Shown: positions 38,718 to 47,804 of the stretch, piece by piece
Layout of the letters: every line of letters begins with the position of its first letter
Position numbering within the stretch: the first letter of the stretch is position 1
Assembly (NCBI GenBank): GCA_022563395.1
Contig: JADFNM010000001.1
Location: 526,342-590,341 of the forward strand
Direction of reading: 5' to 3'
DNA length: 64,000 nucleotides
Source: Patescibacteria group bacterium
Lineage (GTDB): Bacteria; Patescibacteriota; Minisyncoccia; Minisyncoccales; UBA10102
Notes under the pieces: generated by a model
Told to the model about the DNA's origin: nothing
The model's database searches: none
The model's input: the letters and a program-made list of their open reading frames with translations, nothing else
Made by a program: the position numbers and the translations under genes

Positions 38718-38962
38718 GGAGATGTGACGTGTATATACCCAAAGTAGAAGAGGCTCGGAATTCTCTCGTGACCGGCAGTGCGGTCTATTGGCGAGAGGCT
38801 GGAAGGGGTGAGTTGTACAGGGGCGTACTGAAGAAGGAGAGGCAGGGAGGGAGAGATCCGGAGTTCTACTTTGAGAGCACCGAAGACAGAAGGGGAGCTC
38901 ATGTGTGGGCCCAACTCTCACATCTCCTCATCGAGGTTGAGGTAAGGAGTCCTACAGCATGA
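38714..38962 (+). CDS. Small hypothetical ORF or gene remnant
   Basis: 82 aa, higher GC, followed by hairpin plus T tract near 38980-39008. Confidence 0.35.
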   Translation: MRRCDVYIPKVEEARNSLVTGSAVYWREAGRGELYRGVLKKERQGGRDPEFYFESTEDRRGAHVWAQLSHLLIEVEVRSPTA

Positions 38963-39044
38963 ACTGCTTAGGGACTTCCAGGACTTCGTTTTGTGCGGAG
39001 TCTTTTTTATTGGAAAAGCAAGGATTTTGTGCTACAAGAACAGC

Positions 39045-40487
39045 ATGGCAAAGTTTTATATTACAACCGCAATCCCTTATGTGAATGCAAAGCCGCACAT
39101 TGGCCATATTTTGGATTTTGTGCAGGCAGACGTGGTTGCACGTTCTCATCGCCAGAAAGGCGAGGAGGTTTTGTTGTTGTCTGGAAGCGATGAGAATGCC
39201 TTAAAAAACGTGCAGGCAGCAGAACAGGCTGGCGTGCCAATACAACAGTTTATTGATGAGAATGCCGAGCTGTTCCGCAAACTGGCTGAAGCCCTAGGCG
39301 TGCAGTTTGATGTGTTTCAAAAAGGCAGCAATCCAAAGCACCATGAGTCCAGCCAGAAGTTATGGGAGTTGTGCAATAAGGCAGGAGATATTTACAAGAA
39401 GTCCTATGAAGGCCTCTATTGTGTTGGGTGCGAAACCTTTTATAGCCCAAACGAACTCACAGAAAATCTGGAGTGCAAAGAACATCCGGGCAAAAAGCTT
39501 GAGACTGTTTCTGAAGAAAACTACTTTTTTAAGCTCTCAAAGTATCAAGATGTATTGGTGCAACTTATTGAAAAAGATGAGCTTAAGGTTATCCCTGTTT
39601 CAAAAAAGAATGAGGTACTAGCTTTCTTAAAGCAGCCTTTACAGGATATTAGTATTTCCCGTTCCAACGAACGAGCCAAAAACTGGGGAGTTCCTGCTCC
39701 CGGAGACGATTCTCAGAGAATGTATGTTTGGTTTGATGCACTCAATATCTACCAGTCAGGCATAGGTTTCGGGTTTGATGAACAAACATACAAAAAGTGG
39801 TGGCCAGCAGATGTTCATGTGATAGGCAAGGGCATTACTCGTTTTCATGCCATTTATTGGCCGGCCTTTCTATTGTCTGCAGGCCTATCTCTTCCTAAAA
39901 CCATTTTTGTGCATGGATATATCACGGTAGATGGGCAGAAGATGTCCAAATCCTTGGGTAATGTTATCGACCCTTTTGAGTTGGTAGAAAAGTATGGCAC
40001 CGATGCCGTACGCTACTTTTTCTTGCGAGAAATTCCTTCTACGGAGGATGGCGACTTTAGCTATGAGAAGTTTGAGACTAGGTATAATGCAGACTTGGCA
40101 GGAGGATTGGGTAACCTGGTAGCAAGAGTTCTTACTATGGCAGAAAAGGCTGAGCTTAAGACTCCAGATGAGTTTTACGGCAAGGATTTCAAAGAACTTT
40201 TGTCAAAGAAAGAACAGGAAGTTTCAGAGCTTCTTGGTGATTTTCAGTTCAGCCAGGCTTTGGAGCGGATCTGGGAGGTGATTCAGTTTTGTGACAGATA
40301 CATTGAAAAGAAACGCCCCTGGGAAGAGTCTGAGAGACAGAAGGAAGTAATAGGGGATTTACTTCTTGCAGTTTCCCACATAGTTGAGCTTTTGCAGCCC
40401 TTTCTTCCCGAAACCTCAAAGAAAATCATCCAGCAACTTGAGCAAGGCAAAGGAGAGTCTCTCTTTCCCCGTCTTCGCGGGACATAG
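39045..40487 (+). CDS. metG: Methionine--tRNA ligase (short form)
   Basis: ITTAIPYVN..PHIGH, YC..CE, YVWFDAL, KMSKS. Confidence 0.97.
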   Translation: MAKFYITTAIPYVNAKPHIGHILDFVQADVVARSHRQKGEEVLLLSGSDENALKNVQAAEQAGVPIQQFIDENAELFRKLAEALGVQFDVFQKGSNPKHHESSQKLWELCNKAGDIYKKSYEGLYCVGCETFYSPNELTENLECKEHPGKKLETVSEENYFFKLSKYQDVLVQLIEKDELKVIPVSKKNEVLAFLKQPLQDISISRSNERAKNWGVPAPGDDSQRMYVWFDALNIYQSGIGFGFDEQTYKKWWPADVHVIGKGITRFHAIYWPAFLLSAGLSLPKTIFVHGYITVDGQKMSKSLGNVIDPFELVEKYGTDAVRYFFLREIPSTEDGDFSYEKFETRYNADLAGGLGNLVARVLTMAEKAELKTPDEFYGKDFKELLSKKEQEVSELLGDFQFSQALERIWEVIQFCDRYIEKKRPWEESERQKEVIGDLLLAVSHIVELLQPFLPETSKKIIQQLEQGKGESLFPRLRGT

Positions 40488-40518
40488 CCCGCTTCAGCGG
40501 GCGACGGCCCGCATATCT

Positions 40519-40555
40519 CCTAAATGAAATTAAAGAATCCTTAATTTCATTAAGT
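40519..40555. repeat. Family A, intergenic
   Basis: CCTAAATGAAATTAAAG aat CCTTAATTTCATTAAGT. Confidence 0.88.
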
Positions 40556-40603
40556 TTTTATAGGGCTTGACGTATTTCTTTGTATGGTGTATATAGTTTT
40601 ATT

Positions 40604-40739
40604 ATGAACAATTTTCCAGCCAGGAAGTTTATTAGCATCTTGGTCTTGGACCTCCGTAAACGGTTGGGAGATTTTGTTGCATAGATTCACCTCTTTGAAA
40701 ACAAACGAAACCTCCCAACCACGGGAGGTTTCTTCTTTT
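40604..40739 (+). promoter_or_regulatory. Leader peptide (40604-40684) and attenuator
   Basis: TTGACG promoter, 26-codon ORF, antiterminator 40662-40678, terminator 40707-40739. Confidence 0.7.
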
Positions 40740-41044
40740 GCCCTGAAAATTGTTTATTGCGACGTAGATAATTTTCAGGCCAAAACAGTGGTCTGAGAAA
40801 AACTGTACCTTCAAGGAGAGGGAAAGCGATGGAGTCTAGGGATCCCGTTCTTATACAGAGGTTTGGTAATCAAGTCTCAGAGGTTGAAAGTCTTCGGCGT
40901 AAATCACAACGCCCAGGACTCTCTCTTCATCAACGGAAAGGCCTTGGGTTTCACTTACAACGCGCAGAAAGAAACATGCAACACACCAGAGACCTGCTGG
41001 GGTCTAGTCTTCCTTAGGGGCATGTTTTTTCTCCTTACGAGGAA

Positions 41045-41075
41045 GGGCTCGCCTAAAAAGCGAGCCCACTTTTTT
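41045..41075 (+). terminator. Intrinsic terminator
   Basis: GGGCTCGC/GCGAGCCC hairpin plus T6. Confidence 0.75.
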
Positions 41076-41096
41076 AGCTCATGGTACAATGTGGAT

Positions 41097-42035
41097 ATGC
41101 TAATAGATACCCACGGACACGTCAACTTTGCCGCTTTCAAGAATGACGCAAAAGAGGTTCTGCACCGTACCTTGAAAGGAGATACCTGGGTTATAATGCC
41201 AGGCACCCAGTATGCTACCTCAAAGAAAGCAGTAGAAATGGCAGAGCAGTATAGAGAAGGAGTGTATGCCGCAATTGGTCTGCACCCTATTCATCTTTCA
41301 GAAAAGCGCAAGGTTGATGTATTGGAAGTGCAGTCAGAAAACACCAAGGAGGAAGAATGGATGACCTTTGAAACACAAGAGGAGGAGTTTTTGTATGAAA
41401 AGTACAAAGAATTGGGACAAAGCAAAAAGGTGGCGGCAGTCGGTGAGTGCGGCCTGGATTATTACTATGAACCAAAGAGCAAAGAAAGAAGAGAAGCTCA
41501 ACGGCGTAAACAAAAGGCAGCGCTTGCCTTGCAACTGAAGTTGGCAGACGAGCTAAACTTGCCGATTATTTTCCATTGCCGCAAGGCACATGATGATTTG
41601 ATTGAATTTCTAACAAACTACAAACTACAAACTAAAAATTTGAGAGGTGTCGTGCACTGCTACACTGGAGACTTAAAACAGGCAGAGCAGTTCTACAATA
41701 TTGGCCTCTCTTTTGGGTTTAACGGCCTTATTTTCAAAGATGTTCCTGCGCTTCCCAATCCAAAGGAGATTATTGGAGCTTTACCCTTGGAGCGAATTGT
41801 TCTGGAAACTGATTCTCCCTACTTACTGCCGCCCTTGCCCGCCGACCCGGCCTCCGTAGCCACTTCGGCGAAGGGGGCAGCTTTAGCGAAGGCGGGACAG
41901 GCAGGACGCAACGAACCCCTGTTTGTAAAATATGTAGCAGAGGAGATAGCTCGTATTAAAGGTATCTTAGTAGACGAAGTTTCCTCTGCGACAACCAAAA
42001 ACGCCAAAGCCTTATTTCGCTTAAATGAGATTTAG
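41097..42035 (+). CDS. tatD: TatD family DNase
   Basis: IDTHGH, GLHP, VGECGLDY, HCR, HCY, LETDSPYL, RNEP. Confidence 0.95.
   Translation: MLIDTHGHVNFAAFKNDAKEVLHRTLKGDTWVIMPGTQYATSKKAVEMAEQYREGVYAAIGLHPIHLSEKRKVDVLEVQSENTKEEEWMTFETQEEEFLYEKYKELGQSKKVAAVGECGLDYYYEPKSKERREAQRRKQKAALALQLKLADELNLPIIFHCRKAHDDLIEFLTNYKLQTKNLRGVVHCYTGDLKQAEQFYNIGLSFGFNGLIFKDVPALPNPKEIIGALPLERIVLETDSPYLLPPLPADPASVATSAKGAALAKAGQAGRNEPLFVKYVAEEIARIKGILVDEVSSATTKNAKALFRLNEI
41826..41905. repeat. Nested GC-rich REP-like (family B) elements in tatD
   Basis: CCCGCCGA[...]AGCTTTAGCGAAGGCGGG; relatives at 2256-2288, 12477-12506, 25951-26042, 59009-59049. Confidence 0.8.
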
Positions 42036-42061
42036 GTGTGGATAACTAAATCTCGTTTAAG
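42020..42061. repeat. Family A, contains tatD stop
   Basis: CTTAAATGAGATTTAGG tgtggata ACTAAATCTCGTTTAAG. Confidence 0.88.
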
Positions 42062-42066
42062 CGAGA

Positions 42067-42876
42067 TTAGAGGGAATAGAAGTTTCTTTTCTTTTTTATG
42101 AGGCCATCTTTTTCTAAAGAGGCAAGAATCTTTTCTGGCACATAGGGGCTCTTCGCTTTTTTGAGCAGTCGCTGGATTTTGCTTGCAGTGGCAGTTTGAT
42201 TTGGCTGGTCTAAGAGAAAGCGCATTACTTTGGTGCGAAACGAGCGGAGAGAACCTTCAAATCTGCTTTGCTTTGCATAGTGCTTGCTTTGCTTGTTTAT
42301 CTTTTTGTCTTTGAGAACCGTTGCCCCGTAGTCAAAGAGGGCATAGTGCCATTGTCGAGGATTCTTTTTCCACACTGCCTTTTCTGCAATATGCAGAATC
42401 TCTTTGTCTGACACGTCTTTCTTTTTTGGAAAGAAAAAGTGCAGGTATACTCTTCTGATGTTTGTATCTAAGAATGCGTCTTTGTTTTGAAAAGCAAAGC
42501 AGGCGATAGCCCCAGCAGTGTAAGGACCAATGCCAGGGAGTTTTTGTAAGTCCTTAGGGTTTTCAGGAAACTTTTCTTCATGACTCTTTATTATCTCCTT
42601 TGCAGCTTTCTTTAAAGAAAGGGCACGTTTCCAGTATCCAAGGCCTCGCCAAACTTTAAGGAGTTTTCCATCTGGAGTTTTTGCAAGAGATTGCAAGGTT
42701 GGGAACTCTTTGAGAAACTCTTTGTATTTGGGAAGGACTCTTGCAACCTGGGTCTGTTGAAGCATGACCTCAGACACCAATATCTTGTAGGGGTTGTCGG
42801 TTTCTCTCCAGGGCATATCCCTTTGGTTCTTTTTGCGGGAATCTAAGATGAGTTTTTGGAACTTGGGAATGGTCAT
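42067..42876 (-). CDS. mutY: A/G-specific adenine glycosylase-like HhH-GPD protein (short)
   Basis: MPWR, VSEVMLQQTQV, GLGY, LPGIGPYTAGAI, DTNIRRV. Confidence 0.88.
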   Translation of the reverse strand: MTIPKFQKLILDSRKKNQRDMPWRETDNPYKILVSEVMLQQTQVARVLPKYKEFLKEFPTLQSLAKTPDGKLLKVWRGLGYWKRALSLKKAAKEIIKSHEEKFPENPKDLQKLPGIGPYTAGAIACFAFQNKDAFLDTNIRRVYLHFFFPKKKDVSDKEILHIAEKAVWKKNPRQWHYALFDYGATVLKDKKINKQSKHYAKQSRFEGSLRSFRTKVMRFLLDQPNQTATASKIQRLLKKAKSPYVPEKILASLEKDGLIKKKRNFYSL

Positions 42877-42932
42877 GAACCCATTTTAGCACAATGGACA
42901 AATAAGGGGGGATTGGCTACAATCTGTGTATT

Positions 42933-45344
42933 ATGACGCGCTACGAGCATGAGAAAATAGAGGCAAAGTGGCAGAAACGCTGGGAGAAAAAGAAGGCCTG
43001 GGAGGTGGATTTGGACAAGGCAAAAAAGCCCTACTATAACTTAATGATGTTCCCCTATCCTTCAGCAGAGGGGCTGCATGTAGGGAATGTCTATGCCTTT
43101 ACCATCTCTGACATTCATGGAAGGTTCCGCAGAATGCAGGGATATGATGTGTTTGAGCCCATGGGGTTTGATGCCTTTGGCATTCATTCAGAAAACTTTG
43201 CCATTAAACAGGGGACGCACCCAAAAGAGCAGACTGCAAAGAACATTACGCACTTCACAAAACAGCTCAAGCAATTGGGAGCTCTTTTTGATTGGCAAAG
43301 AGCAGTTATTACCAGTGACCCCGAATACTACAAATGGACCCAGTGGCTGTTTGTGCAACTCTACAAAGCAGGTCTGGCATATAAGGGGAAAGCCCCTGTT
43401 GACTGGTGTCCTTCTTGCAAGACCGTGCTGGCAGATGAGCAGGTTATAGAAGGGCAATGCGAACGATGTGACACTCAGGTTGTGCAAAAGGAATTGGAGC
43501 AGTGGTTTTTTCGCATTACCAAGTATGCGGACCGCCTATTAAAAAACTTGGAGTGGATTGACTGGACCGAAAAGACCAAACTCGCGCAAAGAAACTGGAT
43601 TGGAAAGGCAGAAGGCACAACCATAAAATTCAAAGTTCCCAATTCCAAGCATGAGGTTGAAGTCTTTACGACGCGTGCCGATACGCTTTACGGCGCAACG
43701 TTTATTGTTTTAGCACCAGAACACCCCATGGTAGCTTCCCTCCAAAACTCAAAAGAGGTTCAAAAGTATGTAGAGAAATCAAAGCAGAGAACCGAACTGG
43801 AAAGAAAAGCCGAGGAAAAAGAAAAAACAGGCGTTTTCTCGGGCCTGTACGCGATAAACCCGCTCAACAAGGAAAAAATTCCTGTTTGGATTGCTGATTA
43901 TGTGTTAATGGGTTATGGAACAGGTGCCTTGTTTGGAGATGCTCACGACGAGCGTGATGTCGAATTTGCTAGAAAGTATAACATTCCACTCAAACCCACC
44001 GTAATCACAGGAGATAAAGAGAAAGACCGGAAGATCTTAAGCCTTGAAGAATGTTTTACAGGTTATGGCACCTTAGTGGACTCTGGTCCATTTACAGGCT
44101 TGACCTCAAAGGAAGCAATAGCAAAAGTGATGGAGTGGCTTATCAGGAAAGGACAGGGCGGGCGGAAAGTAACGTACCACCTCAGAGATTGGCTTATCTC
44201 TCGTCAGCGCTACTGGGGGTCTCCCATCCCTATTATCTATTGCGCAAAATGCGGCACGGTTCCGGTTCCAGAAAAAGACCTTCCGGTAAAGTTACCCGAG
44301 GTAAAGGATTTTCGACCTTCTGGCACGGGTAAGTCGCCCTTGGCTTCCGTTGCGAGCTTTGTGAAAACCAAGTGCCCTCAATGTAAAGGGCCAGCTGAGA
44401 GGGAAACAGATGTTTCAGACACGTTTTTAGATTCAGCCTGGTATTTTTTCCGCTATCCCTCAACCGAGTTTAAAACAAAACCTTTTGATAAGGTAAGGGT
44501 AAAGAAGTGGCTTCCTGTGAATATGTACATTGGAGGGCACGAGCACGCTGTCTTGCACCTCTTGTACACCAGATTCATTACTATGGCCCTAAAAGACATG
44601 GGACACATTTCTTTTGAGGAACCCTTTGAGAAATTCCGCGCCCACGGTTTAATCACCAAAGGCGGGGTAAAGATGTCCAAATCCAGAGGGAACGTGGTGA
44701 ACCCAGACGAGTACTTTGTAAAGTACGGCGCAGACACGGTGCGTACCTATTTAATGTTTCTGGGTCCTCTGGCAGATGGGGGAGGTTGGTCAGACAGGGG
44801 AATCGTTGGCATCTCCCGGTTTTTCAACCGTCTCTGGGTATTTGTGCCTAAATCTCGTTTAGGAGATCCTAAACGAGATTTAGGAAATGAGGCCTTGCGG
44901 CATAGAACAATCAAGAAAGTTACTGAAGACCTAGAGAATCTGCGATATAACACCGCAATTGCAGCTTGCATGGAATATTTTAATGCCCTTCAAAAATCCA
45001 GCAATCCAACAAAAGAAGAGACAGATACTTTACTCATTCTTCTTTCGCCTTTTGCCCCTCATTTAACGCAAGAACTCTGGGAAAAACTTGGCAACAAGGG
45101 AAGTGTGCATGACCAACCTTGGCCAAAGCATGACCCAAAGGCATTGCAGGAAAAAGTTGTTCGGCTTGTGGTACAGGTGAATGGAAGAGTCAGAGAAGTT
45201 CTTTTAGTTTCTCCCGGCATTTCAGAAAAGGAGGCTGTTGCTCGGGCGCTGCAGCAAGAAAAGGTAAAGAAATGGTTCCCCACGGGAAAGCCAAAGAACG
45301 TGGTGTTTGTGAAAGGAAGATTACTAAATCTTGTATCGTATTAA
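42933..45344 (+). CDS. leuS: Leucine--tRNA ligase
   Basis: MFPYPS..GLHVGN, FTTR.DT, DWLISRQRYWG, GG.EHA..HLLY, KMSKS. Confidence 0.97.
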   Translation: MTRYEHEKIEAKWQKRWEKKKAWEVDLDKAKKPYYNLMMFPYPSAEGLHVGNVYAFTISDIHGRFRRMQGYDVFEPMGFDAFGIHSENFAIKQGTHPKEQTAKNITHFTKQLKQLGALFDWQRAVITSDPEYYKWTQWLFVQLYKAGLAYKGKAPVDWCPSCKTVLADEQVIEGQCERCDTQVVQKELEQWFFRITKYADRLLKNLEWIDWTEKTKLAQRNWIGKAEGTTIKFKVPNSKHEVEVFTTRADTLYGATFIVLAPEHPMVASLQNSKEVQKYVEKSKQRTELERKAEEKEKTGVFSGLYAINPLNKEKIPVWIADYVLMGYGTGALFGDAHDERDVEFARKYNIPLKPTVITGDKEKDRKILSLEECFTGYGTLVDSGPFTGLTSKEAIAKVMEWLIRKGQGGRKVTYHLRDWLISRQRYWGSPIPIIYCAKCGTVPVPEKDLPVKLPEVKDFRPSGTGKSPLASVASFVKTKCPQCKGPAERETDVSDTFLDSAWYFFRYPSTEFKTKPFDKVRVKKWLPVNMYIGGHEHAVLHLLYTRFITMALKDMGHISFEEPFEKFRAHGLITKGGVKMSKSRGNVVNPDEYFVKYGADTVRTYLMFLGPLADGGGWSDRGIVGISRFFNRLWVFVPKSRLGDPKRDLGNEALRHRTIKKVTEDLENLRYNTAIAACMEYFNALQKSSNPTKEETDTLLILLSPFAPHLTQELWEKLGNKGSVHDQPWPKHDPKALQEKVVRLVVQVNGRVREVLLVSPGISEKEAVARALQQEKVKKWFPTGKPKNVVFVKGRLLNLVSY
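44847..44884. repeat. Family A, in-frame in leuS
   Basis: CCTAAATCTCGTTTAGG agat CCTAAACGAGATTTAGG = PKSRLGDPKRDLG. Confidence 0.9.
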
Positions 45345-45381
45345 ACTTAATGAAATTAAGGAATCCTTAATTTCATTAAGG
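45345..45381. repeat. Family A, between leuS and glmS
   Basis: ACTTAATGAAATTAAGG aat CCTTAATTTCATTAAGG. Confidence 0.88.
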
Positions 45382-45391
45382 AGATATTCAT

Positions 45392-47224
45392 ATGTGTGGA
45401 ATTGTTGGTTACATTGGTCACAGCACAGATATTCGCATTGGCATGGAGGCTTTAAAGCGCCTGGAGTACCGGGGGTATGATTCAGCTGGCATGGCGGTGT
45501 ACAACAAAGACAGAAAAGAGGTGGATTCGGTAAAAGCGGTAGGAAAGGTGGCGAACCTTGAAGAAAAGCTCCAGGGAATGAATCTGAAAGGCAGCCCTTT
45601 TCTCTTCTATACCAGGTGGGCCACCCACGGGGGAGTGACAGAAGAAAACTGTCATCCTCACACTGACTGTAAGCAAAATATATGGGTGGCGCACAACGGA
45701 ATTATTGAGAACTACCGCCAGCTCAAAGAAGAGCTTTCAAAAGAAGGCCATGTTTTTGTTTCTGAAACAGACACCGAAGTAATTCCTCACTTAATAGAAA
45801 AGTTCTTTGAAGGAAATCTGGAAGAAGCAACAAGAAAAGCCTTGTCTTCGGTTCGGGGAGCGTACGCCTTGGCAATCATTGCAAAAGACGATCCAGAAAA
45901 ACTGGTCTTAGCAAAATACTCCGCCCCCCTGCTCATTGGCCTGGGAAAAGACGAGTATCTGGCAGCCTCCGACCCTTCTGCGGTCATTACCCATACCAAC
46001 AAGGTGGTGTATTTGGAAGATGGTGAGCTTGCGGTATTGACCCCAGAAAGCTTCTCTATTCAGGACTACCGACAAAACCATGTATCAAGGCAAGCAGAAA
46101 AGATTGATTGGAGCTTGGAGGATGCCAAAAAGGGCGGATATGCGCATTTCATGCTCAAAGAAATTATGGAGCAGCCAGAGAGCATTCAAAATGCCTTACG
46201 AGGGAGAATGGTTGCACAAGAGGGTACTGCAAAGCTTGGTGGGCTTGAGGATATGGAAGAAAAGCTCAGAGAAATTGAGCGCGTACAGATTTTAGCTTGT
46301 GGCACTGCTTCTTTTATGGGGAGAGTTGGGGAGTACATGATTGAAGAGTATGTAGGCTTATCCTGTGAGGTGGACATTGGTTCTGAGTTTCGGTATCGAA
46401 AACCAGTTATCGACAAGAGAACACTTACCATTGCTATCTCTCAGTCTGGGGAAACAGCAGACACGCTAGCTGCCCTTAAAGAAGCAAAGCGGAAAGGGAG
46501 CCCTACGGTGGGAATCGTAAACGTGGTGGGCTCTTCTGTTGCAAGAGAGGTGGATGTAGGCGTGTACACTCATGCTGGACCAGAAGTTGCAGTTGCCTCT
46601 ACCAAGGCCTCTACTGCCCAGCTTGCGGTTCTTTCCCTTCTTACTTTGTTTTTGGGAAGACAGCGCCAGCTTTCTCTTGTGATGGGACAACGCATTGCAA
46701 AGGAACTTTCTCGCATACCCGAACTTGTCAAAAGTATTCTGGAGCGAGACGAGGAAGTAAAAAGAATCGCAGAAAAATACAAAGAGGTAACGAACCTTTG
46801 GGTTATAGGACGCAAGTACAATTATCCTATTGCCTTGGAAGGCGCTTTGAAAATCAAGGAAACCTCTTATGTACACGCAGAAGGCATAGCTGGAGGAGAG
46901 CTGAAACATGGCGCCTTGGCTTTGGTTGATGAAGATTTTCTCACCATAGCCATTGTTCCCTCAGATTCTGTGTATGAAAAGATGATTTCTAATATTCAAG
47001 AAATAAAAGCAAGAAAGGGGCCGGTGGTTACAATTGCCACTGAAGGCAACAAAGATATTGCATCCATTGCAGATGACGTAATCTATATCCCAAAAACCCT
47101 AGAAATGCTTACCCCTATTCTTTCTGTTATTCCCTTACAGCTCTTTGCCTATTATATGGGAGTATTGAAAGGATACGATGTAGACAGGCCAAGGAACCTT
47201 GCAAAGTCAGTGACGGTAGAGTAA
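45392..47224 (+). CDS. glmS: Glutamine--fructose-6-phosphate aminotransferase
   Basis: MCGIVG, LEYRGYDSAG, RWATHG, SQSGETADT, PRNLAKSVTVE. Confidence 0.98.
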   Translation: MCGIVGYIGHSTDIRIGMEALKRLEYRGYDSAGMAVYNKDRKEVDSVKAVGKVANLEEKLQGMNLKGSPFLFYTRWATHGGVTEENCHPHTDCKQNIWVAHNGIIENYRQLKEELSKEGHVFVSETDTEVIPHLIEKFFEGNLEEATRKALSSVRGAYALAIIAKDDPEKLVLAKYSAPLLIGLGKDEYLAASDPSAVITHTNKVVYLEDGELAVLTPESFSIQDYRQNHVSRQAEKIDWSLEDAKKGGYAHFMLKEIMEQPESIQNALRGRMVAQEGTAKLGGLEDMEEKLREIERVQILACGTASFMGRVGEYMIEEYVGLSCEVDIGSEFRYRKPVIDKRTLTIAISQSGETADTLAALKEAKRKGSPTVGIVNVVGSSVAREVDVGVYTHAGPEVAVASTKASTAQLAVLSLLTLFLGRQRQLSLVMGQRIAKELSRIPELVKSILERDEEVKRIAEKYKEVTNLWVIGRKYNYPIALEGALKIKETSYVHAEGIAGGELKHGALALVDEDFLTIAIVPSDSVYEKMISNIQEIKARKGPVVTIATEGNKDIASIADDVIYIPKTLEMLTPILSVIPLQLFAYYMGVLKGYDVDRPRNLAKSVTVE

Positions 47225-47257
47225 GCTGATATATCCAAAAGAAAGGGGGGACACTTA

Positions 47258-47743
47258 ATGTTTACCGTGAGGTCAATGCGGAAAGAAGACCTTGGCATCG
47301 TCGCCCAGCTGAACAAAGAGTGCTTCCCCGAGGATAACAGCACCTTGACGGATGCACGAGAGTGGATTGAGGCCAATTGGAAAGCTGCGCCCCGGACCTC
47401 CTACTTTGTTCTTATAGACGAAGAGGGGCAGGTTGAAGGATACATCCTCTGGTTGGAAAAGGGAGGATTCCGCAAGGAGGCAGTGCTCGAGCTTGAGCAG
47501 ATAGCGGTTATACCCTCTCAGAGAGGAAGGGGTGGAGGTAGGACACTTATCCAGCAAACCCTTCCCCAGCTCAAGGAGAGGCTTGCGCTCCAAGGGCGCA
47601 CCATCAAGCTCATTGAGGTGACTACAGCCGCAGACAACGAGGCGCAACGCCTCTATCGTGATACTCTTGGGGCTGAGGTAGAGGCTACGATTCACGACCT
47701 ATTTAGGGGAAACGAAGTCATCATGGTCGCGAGAAATCTGTAG
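47258..47743 (+). CDS. GNAT family N-acetyltransferase
   Basis: IAV.P.QRGRGGG motif A, N..A.RLY motif B. Confidence 0.9.
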   Translation: MFTVRSMRKEDLGIVAQLNKECFPEDNSTLTDAREWIEANWKAAPRTSYFVLIDEEGQVEGYILWLEKGGFRKEAVLELEQIAVIPSQRGRGGGRTLIQQTLPQLKERLALQGRTIKLIEVTTAADNEAQRLYRDTLGAEVEATIHDLFRGNEVIMVARNL

Positions 47744-47804
47744 TTGTTTCGCATAAAGAACTGGGGCCCCCCACCCCAGTTCTCATTCTATCTGGGTATT
47801 TTTC

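Noticed and set aside
45345..45391. glmS ribozyme
   Set aside because: The 47-nt gap is filled by a family-A repeat; there is no room and no core motif.
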